Shown here piece by piece: positions 9,452 to 17,053 of a stretch of DNA of 34,725 nucleotides. Origin of the DNA: Treponema sp. GTDB lineage: Bacteria; Spirochaetota; Spirochaetia; Treponematales; Breznakiellaceae. How positions within the stretch are numbered: position 1 is the first letter of the stretch; each line of letters opens with the position of its first letter. The position numbers and the translations under genes were made by a program. Below the pieces are notes generated by a model. It searched no databases. It saw nothing but the letters and a program-made list of their open reading frames with translations, and was not told the DNA's origin. The stretch is taken from assembly GCA_031275515.1 (NCBI GenBank), contig JAISOQ010000155.1, positions 1 to 34,725 on the forward strand, written 5' to 3'.

Positions 9452-10165
9452 TCAGCCGGACCTCCAGTCCGCCGGGTCCTGAGATTCCATCTGATAGACC
9501 CAGGCGTTACCAGCTTTACGGACCCGTTCCACTACGCCGAGCTTTGTGAGTACGTAGAGAGTTTTCCCCGCTAAATTTAGGCGGATGCGGGCTTTTTCCG
9601 CCAGGCTGCGGGTGGTGAACTCCTTTCCGGCGGGGAAAGGGACGAAGGCGCGATAATCTCCCTTTCCGGAGAGGGGCATGGCCCGAAGGAATGCCGAAAG
9701 TTCCCGGTCGGCGATGCTGACTCCTTTACGGCGCCAGGAGCCGCAGCCGTCCTGAACCCGTTTTTCCAGGACATCCACCATGACGAGTTCTATGGTCAGA
9801 CCACAGGTCAGAGGAAGAAGGGGAGCGTAAAGCAGGGCTTTGAAAAGGTCCCATTCGCTCCCCCGGCGGGGACTTTTCCGCAGGCTCACCGTACCGCCGT
9901 TCTTTTCCCGCAATTCTATGGTTTTATGGACGATGACGGGATGTATGATCCTCACCGGCCCCTGAAGCGCAAGGGCCTGTATCTTGCGTTTCAGGGGCCC
10001 AAAGCTGCCGGTCTGTACTTCTATGATTTCCCCGGAACCGCTTACGGCGTCGCAGACATAGTCCCCCACCGGTTTTTCGGTCTGCCCTTCAGGACCGGCG
10101 TAGCGTATTTTCAGGGAACGATGGAGGCTGCTCTCCCGTTCGGTCCCTATGCCCGGCGTCCGCAA
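9452..10165 (-). CDS. Conserved hypothetical protein with a possible restriction-endonuclease-like (PD-(D/E)XK-type) N-terminal fold and a wHTH-like C-terminus
   Basis: The 237-aa ORF is on the same strand as the addB/addA-like genes and 124 nt upstream of them. Its N-terminus, SLHRSLKIRY...DYVCDAV...GEIIEVQTGSFGPLKRKI...VRIIHPV, resembles a D...E-x-Q nuclease core seen in uncharacterised bacterial proteins. The only available start is TTG at 10165, so the start is uncertain. Confidence 0.55.
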   Translation of the reverse strand: MRTPGIGTERESSLHRSLKIRYAGPEGQTEKPVGDYVCDAVSGSGEIIEVQTGSFGPLKRKIQALALQGPVRIIHPVIVHKTIELREKNGGTVSLRKSPRRGSEWDLFKALLYAPLLPLTCGLTIELVMVDVLEKRVQDGCGSWRRKGVSIADRELSAFLRAMPLSGKGDYRAFVPFPAGKEFTTRSLAEKARIRLNLAGKTLYVLTKLGVVERVRKAGNAWVYQMESQDPADWRSG

Positions 10166-10345
10166 AGGCGCGCCAGGGTTAGACGCAAGGCCGGAGGACT
10201 TTTGCTTTCCCAGGTTTCATCTCCTATACCAAAGGGAAACAGAATAAAAAAAATCATACATCCGCATAATTTTTTTAGTATACCTGAATTTTGTTTGGAA
10301 TGCTAGACATAGGGATAAAACCAGGGCGGCAGCATTTATATTTTT

Positions 10346-10408
10346 TGTGGATATACCTGTGGAAAAATAAAGTAATGCTTGTGGAAAATTAGAAATGCCT
10401 GTGGAAAA
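10346..10408 (+). promoter_or_regulatory. Cluster of four co-oriented TGTGGA(T/A)A(T/A) boxes (DnaA-box-like, GTGG core)
   Basis: TGTGGATAT is at 10346-10354, and TGTGGAAAA is at 10358-10366, 10380-10388 and 10400-10408. Each matches TGTGGATAA (the reverse complement of the DnaA-box consensus TTATCCACA) at 8 of 9 positions. The last two sit inside a longer direct repeat, AATGCYTGTGGAAAA. Start-to-start spacings are 12, 22 and 20 bp. Confidence 0.45.
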
Positions 10409-10752
10409 AAACGGCGGGCTTAGGCTAAATACACAGCAATTTATTCTTGCAGGGCTTTTAAAAAATTTTTCTGATAGTATTGCTGCTGATTTTCTTCACG
10501 CCGGCGCCTGTTAGAGAAGAAGGTAAGTCTTTATCGTACAATGATTTATGCGTTATTTGACCTGCACTTGATTATGAAAAAGCCGGCGCATTTTTATTGC
10601 ATAATGAAACTGTTTTAAATTTCCGGCGGCCTCCGGCATGTATAGTATTTTTTTTATTGTATGCCGCCGTTAGGGGATAAAAACAGCCTAACTTATATAT
10701 AGTAATATCACTAAAAAAAAAATTTTTCTCTTTGATTTATTATATCCCTTAC

Positions 10753-10781
10753 TTGACTGCCCCATCGTTATTCAGGATAAT
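10753..10781 (+). promoter_or_regulatory. Near-consensus sigma-70 promoter for the dcw cluster (candidate Pmra)
   Basis: TTGACT (10753-10758), an exact 17-nt spacer, then GATAAT (10776-10781). It lies about 45 nt upstream of the preferred mraZ start. It falls inside the longest listed mraZ ORF, which argues against that long ORF. Confidence 0.6.
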
Positions 10782-10827
10782 CATCCTATGGGAATTGGTG
10801 GTAAAAAGAGGAGAATGTGCGGAGAAG

Positions 10828-11265
10828 GTGGTAAAGTTTAGCGGTATTTATACAAATACCTTAGATGACAAAGGCCGGATTAGTATTCCTGTAAATTTCC
10901 GGGAGTGTCTTGAGACATCCGTGCTTATCCTTACCAAAGGGCTTGAACATTGCGTTTGGGTCTTGCCGCCTGATTATTGGGAGAAGTTATCTGAAAGGAT
11001 ACTCAACCCCCAATCGTTAGATATGGAGGAGGCCAGTTTGCTGCATTATCGGTTTATTGTTCCCAGGAAGGATGCCGAAATTGATAAGACCGGCCGTATC
11101 GCCGTCCCTCAAAGTTTGAGGGATTTTGCCGGGTTAAGCCGGGAATGTTCCATCCTGGGAAAGGGGGATTACATGGAGTTATGGGATGCTGAAGCGTTCA
11201 AGGAGTTTGAGGCGGCCAGTGAGAAGGGCTTACGGGCGGCAGTTAAAAAATTCGGATCGTTATAG
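10828..11265 (+). CDS. mraZ: Transcriptional regulator MraZ
   Basis: The sequence VKFSGIYTNTLDDKGRISIP...DKTGRIAVP shows the duplicated xDxKGR SpoVT/AbrB-like motif of MraZ, and the gene is first in the dcw cluster. A GTG start at 10828 gives about 145 aa, the typical MraZ size. The alternative is GTG at 10798. The listed start, TTG at 10732, would contain the promoter. Confidence 0.85.
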   Translation: MVKFSGIYTNTLDDKGRISIPVNFRECLETSVLILTKGLEHCVWVLPPDYWEKLSERILNPQSLDMEEASLLHYRFIVPRKDAEIDKTGRIAVPQSLRDFAGLSRECSILGKGDYMELWDAEAFKEFEAASEKGLRAAVKKFGSL

Positions 11266-11302
11266 GCTGGCCTGTAAGTAAGGCTTTTAAGGAAAATTTA
11301 AG

Positions 11303-12259
11303 GTGGAAATTGTTCATGTCCCGGTTTTACCGGAGGAGACAGTAGAGTATCTTGGCCCCCGGCATGAAGGAGAATTTATGGTTGACGCCACCCTTGGGGA
11401 GGGGGGTCATGCTCATATATTTTTATCTAGGTTTCCAGACCTTAAAATTATCGGTATTGACGCCGACAGCGCTATACAGGAAGTTGCCCGGGAACGGCTT
11501 AGGGAATTCGCCGGACGGATCCAGTACTATTCCGGCTGGGCGCAGGATTTTTTTGCCGGCTTTCCCCGGGACATGAAGCGCCCGGACACTATTCTCATCG
11601 ATTTAGGGGTGAGTTTTTATCATTACGAGCGGAGCGGACGGGGGTTCAGCTTCAGAAAGGATGAATATCTGGACATGAGGATAGACGCCAGCCGCGGGAC
11701 CAGCGCAGCCGAACTTTTGACCCGGCTTCCGGAACGGGAACTGGCGGATCTTCTCTATAAAAACGCGGAGGAGCGGTTTTCCCGGCGCATAGCCCGGAAC
11801 ATAGCGGCAGCCCGATCCAGGGGGACCATCACAGGATCCGCAGCCCTGGCGGAAATTGTGGAAAGGTCGGTCCCGCCGTACTGCCGGCGCGGGAAAGCCC
11901 ATTCGGCGACCAAAACGTTTCAGGCCCTGCGCATAGCCGTTAACGGGGAGCTGGACCGCCTGGGGGAGCTTCTGGAAGGGGCCCTGAAGGTCCTTGCAGT
12001 GGGGGGACGGCTTGGGGTGATCACCTTTCATTCCCTTGAGGACAGAATCGTAAAAAATTTCTTCCGGGAAAAGAATAGGGGGGGGTGTACCTCTCCCGGG
12101 GAATCGCCGATATGTGAGGGTAATACATGCCGGGTTCTCGAAATATTAACGCGGAAACCGGTTGTTCCTGCCGGTGAAGAAATACGGAATAATCCGGCCT
12201 CCCGCAGCGCCAAGCTCCGGGTGGTGGAAAAAATGCTCGATGAGGATGATGGATCATGA
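11303..12259 (+). CDS. rsmH: 16S rRNA (cytosine1402-N4)-methyltransferase RsmH (MraW)
   Basis: Recognised from HVPVLPEE, DATLGEGGH, IDADS, ILIDLGVS..H.., FQALRIAVNGEL and ITFHSLEDRIVK, and from its position after mraZ. The start is GTG at 11303. Confidence 0.9.
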   Translation: MEIVHVPVLPEETVEYLGPRHEGEFMVDATLGEGGHAHIFLSRFPDLKIIGIDADSAIQEVARERLREFAGRIQYYSGWAQDFFAGFPRDMKRPDTILIDLGVSFYHYERSGRGFSFRKDEYLDMRIDASRGTSAAELLTRLPERELADLLYKNAEERFSRRIARNIAAARSRGTITGSAALAEIVERSVPPYCRRGKAHSATKTFQALRIAVNGELDRLGELLEGALKVLAVGGRLGVITFHSLEDRIVKNFFREKNRGGCTSPGESPICEGNTCRVLEILTRKPVVPAGEEIRNNPASRSAKLRVVEKMLDEDDGS

Positions 12260-12546
12260 TCCGAAGAATCGTACTCTATGTCCTTACTCTGACGATCCCC
12301 CTGTGCCTGGCTGTTGTTGCCTGGCAGTCCATCAGGTATACCGAACTAACCTGGGAGGTCGAGAGGCTGGAATCCGCCCAGGAAGAGTGGGTGGAAAATA
12401 ACAAGCGGCTCATTGCGGGGATAGCGGTACTTTCTTCTTCGGAACGTATAGAGAATATTGCAAAGAAAGACCTGGGGTTGGTTAAGAAACAGCCTGAAGA
12501 GATTTTGCAGATAAAAATCAAGGGAGATTCGGGAAAGGATGGATAG
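12256..12546 (+). CDS. ftsL: FtsL-like cell-division protein (single TM plus coiled coil)
   Basis: The 96-aa protein has an N-terminal TM segment (IVLYVLTLTIPLCLAVVAW), then a heptad-like region and the SERIENIAKKDLGL motif typical of FtsL. It has an ATGA overlap with rsmH and an 8-nt overlap with murF, and occupies the canonical position. Confidence 0.75.
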   Translation: MIRRIVLYVLTLTIPLCLAVVAWQSIRYTELTWEVERLESAQEEWVENNKRLIAGIAVLSSSERIENIAKKDLGLVKKQPEEILQIKIKGDSGKDG

Positions 12547-13990
12547 GGCGTTTCTGATGGAGTATGAGACCCTGGCTCAGGCAATAGGGGGAGAACTCCG
12601 CAAGTTTCCCGGCGCAGGACGGGGCTTTGCTTCAGTACACATCGATTCACGGGCGGTCAGGCCCGCATCTCTCTTTGTCGCCCTGCCGGGATCTTCCACC
12701 GACGGCCACCGGTTTGTGAACGCGGCGTTTGACGCCGGGGCTGCCTGCGCCATGGTCGCCCGTTCCCGCATGGAGGATCCTTCCCTGGCCCTGGAGGAAA
12801 GCGCCCGTAAGGCCGGCGCGTCTCTCCTGGTGGTGGAAGATACCCTTGAGGGGCTCCAGGATGCGGCCAGAGTATACCTGGAAGAATTTCCCGGCCTCTT
12901 AAAAATCGGGTGTACCGGCAGCGCGGGTAAATCGACGACCAAAGAGATAGCCGCCGCCATGATAGGCCGGGAAAAATCGGTGGTGATGAACCGGGGAAAC
13001 CTCAATTCCGAGACCGGGCTTCCCCTGTCGGTGTTCGAGGTCAGGGCGCATCACCAGGTGGGGATCTTCGAAATGGGAACGAACAAACCCGGAGAGATCG
13101 CTGCTCTTGCCCGGATACTCAAGCCTCAAATCGCGCTTATCACTATGATCGGGACTGCCCATATCGAATTTTTCGGTACTCGTGAGGCGATACTTGATGA
13201 AAAAATGCAAATTTTTTCCTATTTTTCCGGAACCGAAAGGGCTCTGATTTTCGAAGACGATGATTTTCGGGAAACCATAGCCGCTCACGTCCGGGGACAG
13301 GTTGTTTTTTATGGCCCTAAAACCCTTGAGGAATTACAAAAAGTAGAAGACCTGGGACTGGAGGGAACCGAAATTACTTGGGAGGGGATTTCGGTTCGTT
13401 TCTGTCTGCCGGGCAAGTACAACTTGAGGAATGCTTTGGCCGCGGCGGCTATTGCCCGGGCGGTTCCTGTGAGTGCTCAGGCTGTCCGCGAAGGCCTTGG
13501 ATCGGTCAAGCCCCTATTCGGCAGGAGCGAGATTCTCCGCGGGCCGGTAACGGTGATTCGGGATTGCTACAACGCCAATCCCGAATCCATGGCCGAGGCC
13601 ATAGGTTTCTGCGACGGCCTTGACTGGCCGGGCCGCCGGGTATACGTTATCGGCTCTATGTTGGAACTAGGGACGGCCTCCGCCGCGGCCCACAGCAGGA
13701 TAGGCCGGCTTTTGGCGGCTTCAAAGGCGGACATGGCGTTTCTTTTTGGCCCGGAAACCGGGGCCGCGGCAAACGCCTTGGCAGAAGCCGCAGCAAAAGT
13801 TCCGGCAGGGCATAAGATACCTTGCTTTCATACCGATACTATGAGTGAGCTTTCCCGGGCAGTAAAAGCCTATATCCGGCCTGGGGATCTCGTCCTGCTT
13901 AAAGGGTCCCGGGGCTGCGCTCTGGAACAGGTGATAGGAACGGATTCCGGCGGTAAGACCGTATCTGCTGCGGCGGTGGAAGGAGAATAA
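12539..13990 (+). CDS. murF: UDP-N-acetylmuramoyl-tripeptide--D-alanyl-D-alanine ligase
   Basis: Recognised from DSRAVRPASLFVALPG..DGH, the P-loop GCTGSAGKSTTKE, and DCYNANPESM (the MurF-type motif, not the MurE one). Confidence 0.9.
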   Translation: MDRAFLMEYETLAQAIGGELRKFPGAGRGFASVHIDSRAVRPASLFVALPGSSTDGHRFVNAAFDAGAACAMVARSRMEDPSLALEESARKAGASLLVVEDTLEGLQDAARVYLEEFPGLLKIGCTGSAGKSTTKEIAAAMIGREKSVVMNRGNLNSETGLPLSVFEVRAHHQVGIFEMGTNKPGEIAALARILKPQIALITMIGTAHIEFFGTREAILDEKMQIFSYFSGTERALIFEDDDFRETIAAHVRGQVVFYGPKTLEELQKVEDLGLEGTEITWEGISVRFCLPGKYNLRNALAAAAIARAVPVSAQAVREGLGSVKPLFGRSEILRGPVTVIRDCYNANPESMAEAIGFCDGLDWPGRRVYVIGSMLELGTASAAAHSRIGRLLAASKADMAFLFGPETGAAANALAEAAAKVPAGHKIPCFHTDTMSELSRAVKAYIRPGDLVLLKGSRGCALEQVIGTDSGGKTVSAAAVEGE

Positions 13991-13993
13991 TAA

Positions 13994-15073
13994 GTGTTTT
14001 TAGAATTCTTGTATCCTTTAGTCAAATATTTCACCCCCTTTAATGTGTTTCAATACTTGACGTTCAGGGGCGCCTATGCGGCGTTGACGACTCTGCTTAT
14101 ATGTTTTATTTTTGGCCCCCATATCATAGAGGCCCTGAAGAAACTCAAAATAGGCCAGGCGGTTCGGGACGACGGGCCTGCCACCCATCTTGGGAAGGGC
14201 GGGACGCCTACTATGGGGGGCCTGTTCATCATCTTTTCAATGGTTATCGCGGTCCTCCTTTGGCAGGACTGGGGCAGCGATGTGGTTTGGCTTACCCTGG
14301 GGGCGCTCTTGAGCTTTGGGCTGTTGGGCTTCATCGACGATTTTCTTAAAGTTACCCAGCATAACTCGAAGGGCCTTCCGGTATGGGCGAAGCTTTCCGG
14401 GCAGTTTGTCATTGCCCTGGTCATAACCCTGATTCTGTACTTTTCCGGCGGGGAGGAAACTACCCTCCTGTATGTGCCCTTCTTCAAGAACCCCGTGACA
14501 GACCTGGGGGCGCTCTGGATACCTTTTGCGGTATTGCTGCTGGTAGGGGAATCCAACGCGGTGAATTTTTCCGACGGCCTTGACGGGCTTGCGGCAGGAC
14601 TTCTGCTGCTTGTGTTTATCATCCTGTCGGTTCTTGCGTATATATCGGGGCGGGTGGATTATTCCGCTTACCTTGGAATTCCCTATATCGCCGAAGCCGG
14701 TGAACTGACGGTGTTCTGCCTCGCGGTGGTGGGGGCCTGCGTGGGCTTTCTTTGGTTTAACGCCCATCCGGCGGAAATTTTTATGGGCGATGTGGGGAGC
14801 CTTTCCTTAGGCGGGGTTATCGCCACGATTTCTCTTATCCTCAAGAAAGAAATACTGGTTTTAATCATAGGCGGAGTTTTTGTGCTGGAAGTTGCCTCGG
14901 TCGTCATACAAGTGGCGAGTTATAAACTCAGGAAAAAAAGGGTTTTTAAAATGGCGCCTCTCCATCATCATTTTGAATTATCCGGCTGGGCGGAAACACA
15001 GGTTGTTACCCGTTTCTGGATTCTGGGCGGGCTTTTTGCTATTATAGCTCTGTCAACATTAAAGACTCAATAG
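13994..15073 (+). CDS. mraY: Phospho-N-acetylmuramoyl-pentapeptide transferase
   Basis: A polytopic membrane protein with KxGTPTMGG, NAVNFSDGLDGLA, GDVGSLSLGG and MAPLHHHFEL motifs. The start is GTG at 13994, 6 nt after AGGAGAA. Confidence 0.92.
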   Translation: MFLEFLYPLVKYFTPFNVFQYLTFRGAYAALTTLLICFIFGPHIIEALKKLKIGQAVRDDGPATHLGKGGTPTMGGLFIIFSMVIAVLLWQDWGSDVVWLTLGALLSFGLLGFIDDFLKVTQHNSKGLPVWAKLSGQFVIALVITLILYFSGGEETTLLYVPFFKNPVTDLGALWIPFAVLLLVGESNAVNFSDGLDGLAAGLLLLVFIILSVLAYISGRVDYSAYLGIPYIAEAGELTVFCLAVVGACVGFLWFNAHPAEIFMGDVGSLSLGGVIATISLILKKEILVLIIGGVFVLEVASVVIQVASYKLRKKRVFKMAPLHHHFELSGWAETQVVTRFWILGGLFAIIALSTLKTQ

Positions 15074-15082
15074 GGGGGGGGG
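15073..15082. repeat. Homopolymeric G10 tract at the mraY stop / ftsW ribosome-binding region
   Basis: The sequence reads TAGGGGGGGGGGAGCATG. The first G is the last base of the mraY TAG stop, and the tract ends 3 nt before the ftsW ATG at 15086. Confidence 0.95.
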
Positions 15083-15085
15083 AGC

Positions 15086-16216
15086 ATGACTGACCGGTTG
15101 AATATGGAAAAACCCGGACGAAGATTTTATTCCGATCCGGTATTCATTGCCTGTACCTTCCTCCTGATGGGGGTAGGGCTTGTAACCCTGTATTCGTCTT
15201 CTTTTGCCTTTGCAAACCGTTTTTTTGGCAACGGGTATTATTTTATCAGCCGCCAGCTTCGTTTGGGAATTGCAGGGGCCGCTCTTTTTATCGCGGCAGC
15301 TTTTGTCCCCATGGATTTTTTACGGAAAATAATTTTTCCCCTGGTGCTGGGCAGTATGCTGCTTTGTATATTGACTATTATCCCTGGAATAGGGGTTGCT
15401 AAGAATGGGGCCTCCCGGTGGATCAGCATAAATAATTCCTCCTACCAGCCTTCGGAACTGGTAAAGCTGGTACTGCCTCTGTACCTTGCCCACATCTTCG
15501 ACAAGAAGCAGGTGCAGATCGTTCCCTTTGCCCGGGGAGTGCTGCCCCCGGCGATAATAACATCGTTATTTTTCCTGCTTATTTATTCCCAGAACAATTT
15601 TTCTACCGCCTTTTTTATCGCCGTTAACGGGCTTTTCATCTTTTTTATGGCCGGGGTCAAGCTCCGTTATTTTTTTGGCGCCGCAATGATTCTGTTCCCT
15701 ATCTCGACGCTCCTGATACTGAGCAAGGAACACCGTCTTAGGCGCTTTATCAGTTACATCCGGCCCGATTGGGAGCCTTTAGGCGCCGGATACCAGGTCC
15801 GGTCGTCCCTTCTGACCATAGGTTCAGGAGGGGTCTGGGGAAAAGGAATAGGCCAGGGTACGATGAAAATAGCAAGCGTGCCGGAAATTCAGTCTGACTT
15901 TATCTTCGCTTCCTTTGCGGAAGAATTCGGCTTTTTTGGCATACTGCTTTTCTTCATAGTCTTTTTTATCTTCGCCTTCCGGGGATACCGGGCTGCGCTG
16001 CGGTCAAAAGATACTTTCAGGCGTCTTTTAGCCTTCGGCCTTGTAACCATGATCTGTTCCCAGGTTCTCGCCAATATTGCCGTGGTTTCAGGGGCGCTGC
16101 CTGCCACGGGAATTCCGCTGCCGTTTTTTTCCGCCGGAGGATCTTCTCTGGCCACAACCCTCGTCATGGCCGGCTTAATCACCAATGTGTCCCGGCTGGA
16201 AGAGAATCGGAGGTGA
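15086..16216 (+). CDS. ftsW: SEDS-family peptidoglycan polymerase FtsW
   Basis: A roughly 10-TM protein with the SEDS motifs RWI..N..YQPSEL.K and PE..SDFIFA...EE.G..G. Its position between mraY and ftsQ in the dcw cluster favours FtsW over RodA. Confidence 0.88.
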   Translation: MTDRLNMEKPGRRFYSDPVFIACTFLLMGVGLVTLYSSSFAFANRFFGNGYYFISRQLRLGIAGAALFIAAAFVPMDFLRKIIFPLVLGSMLLCILTIIPGIGVAKNGASRWISINNSSYQPSELVKLVLPLYLAHIFDKKQVQIVPFARGVLPPAIITSLFFLLIYSQNNFSTAFFIAVNGLFIFFMAGVKLRYFFGAAMILFPISTLLILSKEHRLRRFISYIRPDWEPLGAGYQVRSSLLTIGSGGVWGKGIGQGTMKIASVPEIQSDFIFASFAEEFGFFGILLFFIVFFIFAFRGYRAALRSKDTFRRLLAFGLVTMICSQVLANIAVVSGALPATGIPLPFFSAGGSSLATTLVMAGLITNVSRLEENRR

Positions 16217-16219
16217 CCT

Positions 16220-17053
16220 TTGGCGATTGAATATATCCTGTCGGACAAGAAGGTTCCTCCCAAAACCGAGACCGGTTCGGTCCTGGATAAACGGCTTAAA
16301 CGGGTCCTGCTGATAGTTGCCGGTATCCTGGGGGCGGAGCTTGTCTGGCTCTTCGGAATAACGCCGCTTCTTCCCCTGTCGGTGGTTGACGTGTCAGGTA
16401 TTTCCGGCTTTGACAAGGCGATCCTTCTGGCCCAGGGGGGGATAAACTCCCGCTCTTCCTTTGTGACGGTGAATGCAGGAGATGTCCGGAAAAGGCTTGA
16501 AGCTTTCTATCTTGTAGAATCCGCAGAGGTCATTAAACAGTACCCTGATACGCTGCGAATCCTGCTTGAGCCGAGAAAGATTACCGCCATGACTCTGACA
16601 AAAATAGACGGCAAGACATGCCCGGTATATTTTGACCGCTTCGGGGTGATTGTTAAGATAGGAAACAGCGCCGGGTTTTCCACGCTTCCCTCGTCAATAC
16701 CCCTTATTTCCGGTTTTATTTTTTCGGAACCCGCCTTGGGGACCCGGCTTCCCGGGATGTTTGAGCCCTTTCTTTCTTCGCTTGCCCGGATAAACGCAGC
16801 GTCCCCGGAGCTATTGACAGCGGTTTCGGAAATCCGTATAAACAGAAAAGCCTTTGATGGATTTGATTTGATTCTCTATCCGGTACACAGTTCGATACGG
16901 TTCCGGGTGGATGCTGATTTGGACGAGGATACGCTTAGGCACATGATCCTGATGATCGATGTTTTGGGAGCCGCCGAGGGCGTACAGGCCGAAGATATTG
17001 ATCTGCGGACCGGTACCGCCTCTTATGGGGATAAGGAGGCCTTTTCTGGCTAA
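16220..17053 (+). CDS. ftsQ: FtsQ/DivIB-like cell-division protein (TM plus POTRA)
   Basis: A TM segment (VLLIVAGILGAELVWLFGI) is followed by a POTRA-like region (VVDVSGISGF...VRKRLEAFYLVESAEVIKQYPDTLRILLEPRK). The start is TTG at 16220, 6 nt after CGGAGG, and the gene sits directly upstream of ftsA. Confidence 0.7.
   Translation: MAIEYILSDKKVPPKTETGSVLDKRLKRVLLIVAGILGAELVWLFGITPLLPLSVVDVSGISGFDKAILLAQGGINSRSSFVTVNAGDVRKRLEAFYLVESAEVIKQYPDTLRILLEPRKITAMTLTKIDGKTCPVYFDRFGVIVKIGNSAGFSTLPSSIPLISGFIFSEPALGTRLPGMFEPFLSSLARINAASPELLTAVSEIRINRKAFDGFDLILYPVHSSIRFRVDADLDEDTLRHMILMIDVLGAAEGVQAEDIDLRTGTASYGDKEAFSG

Noticed and set aside
9926-10306. A 126-aa plus-strand ORF spanning the 5' end of the minus-strand hypothetical gene and part of the intergenic region.
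   Set aside because: It mostly overlaps the better-supported minus-strand gene in antisense, has no SD, and has an unrecognisable translation.
10346-10408. Interpreting the DnaA-box-like cluster plus flanking AT-rich DNA as the chromosomal replication origin.
   Set aside because: No dnaA, dnaN, gidA or parAB genes are nearby. Gene orientation does not switch in the way expected at an origin; only a local divergent promoter region is present. The boxes are all in one orientation. It is kept only as a possible regulatory or titration site.
10584-10612. A possible XerCD dif site (GGCGCATTTTTATTGCATAATGAAACT), noted because two Xer genes are in the window.
   Set aside because: Only the GCGCAT segment resembles the E. 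coli dif left arm. The right arm matches TTATGTTAAAT at 5 of 11 positions or fewer in any register, and the two arms are not inverted copies of each other.
10732-10827. The long mraZ ORF starting at TTG 10732.
   Set aside because: It would place the near-consensus TTGACT-17-GATAAT promoter inside the gene, and it adds a hydrophobic, non-MraZ-like N-terminus. GTG at 10828 gives the canonical size and the M-x-x-F-x-G start.
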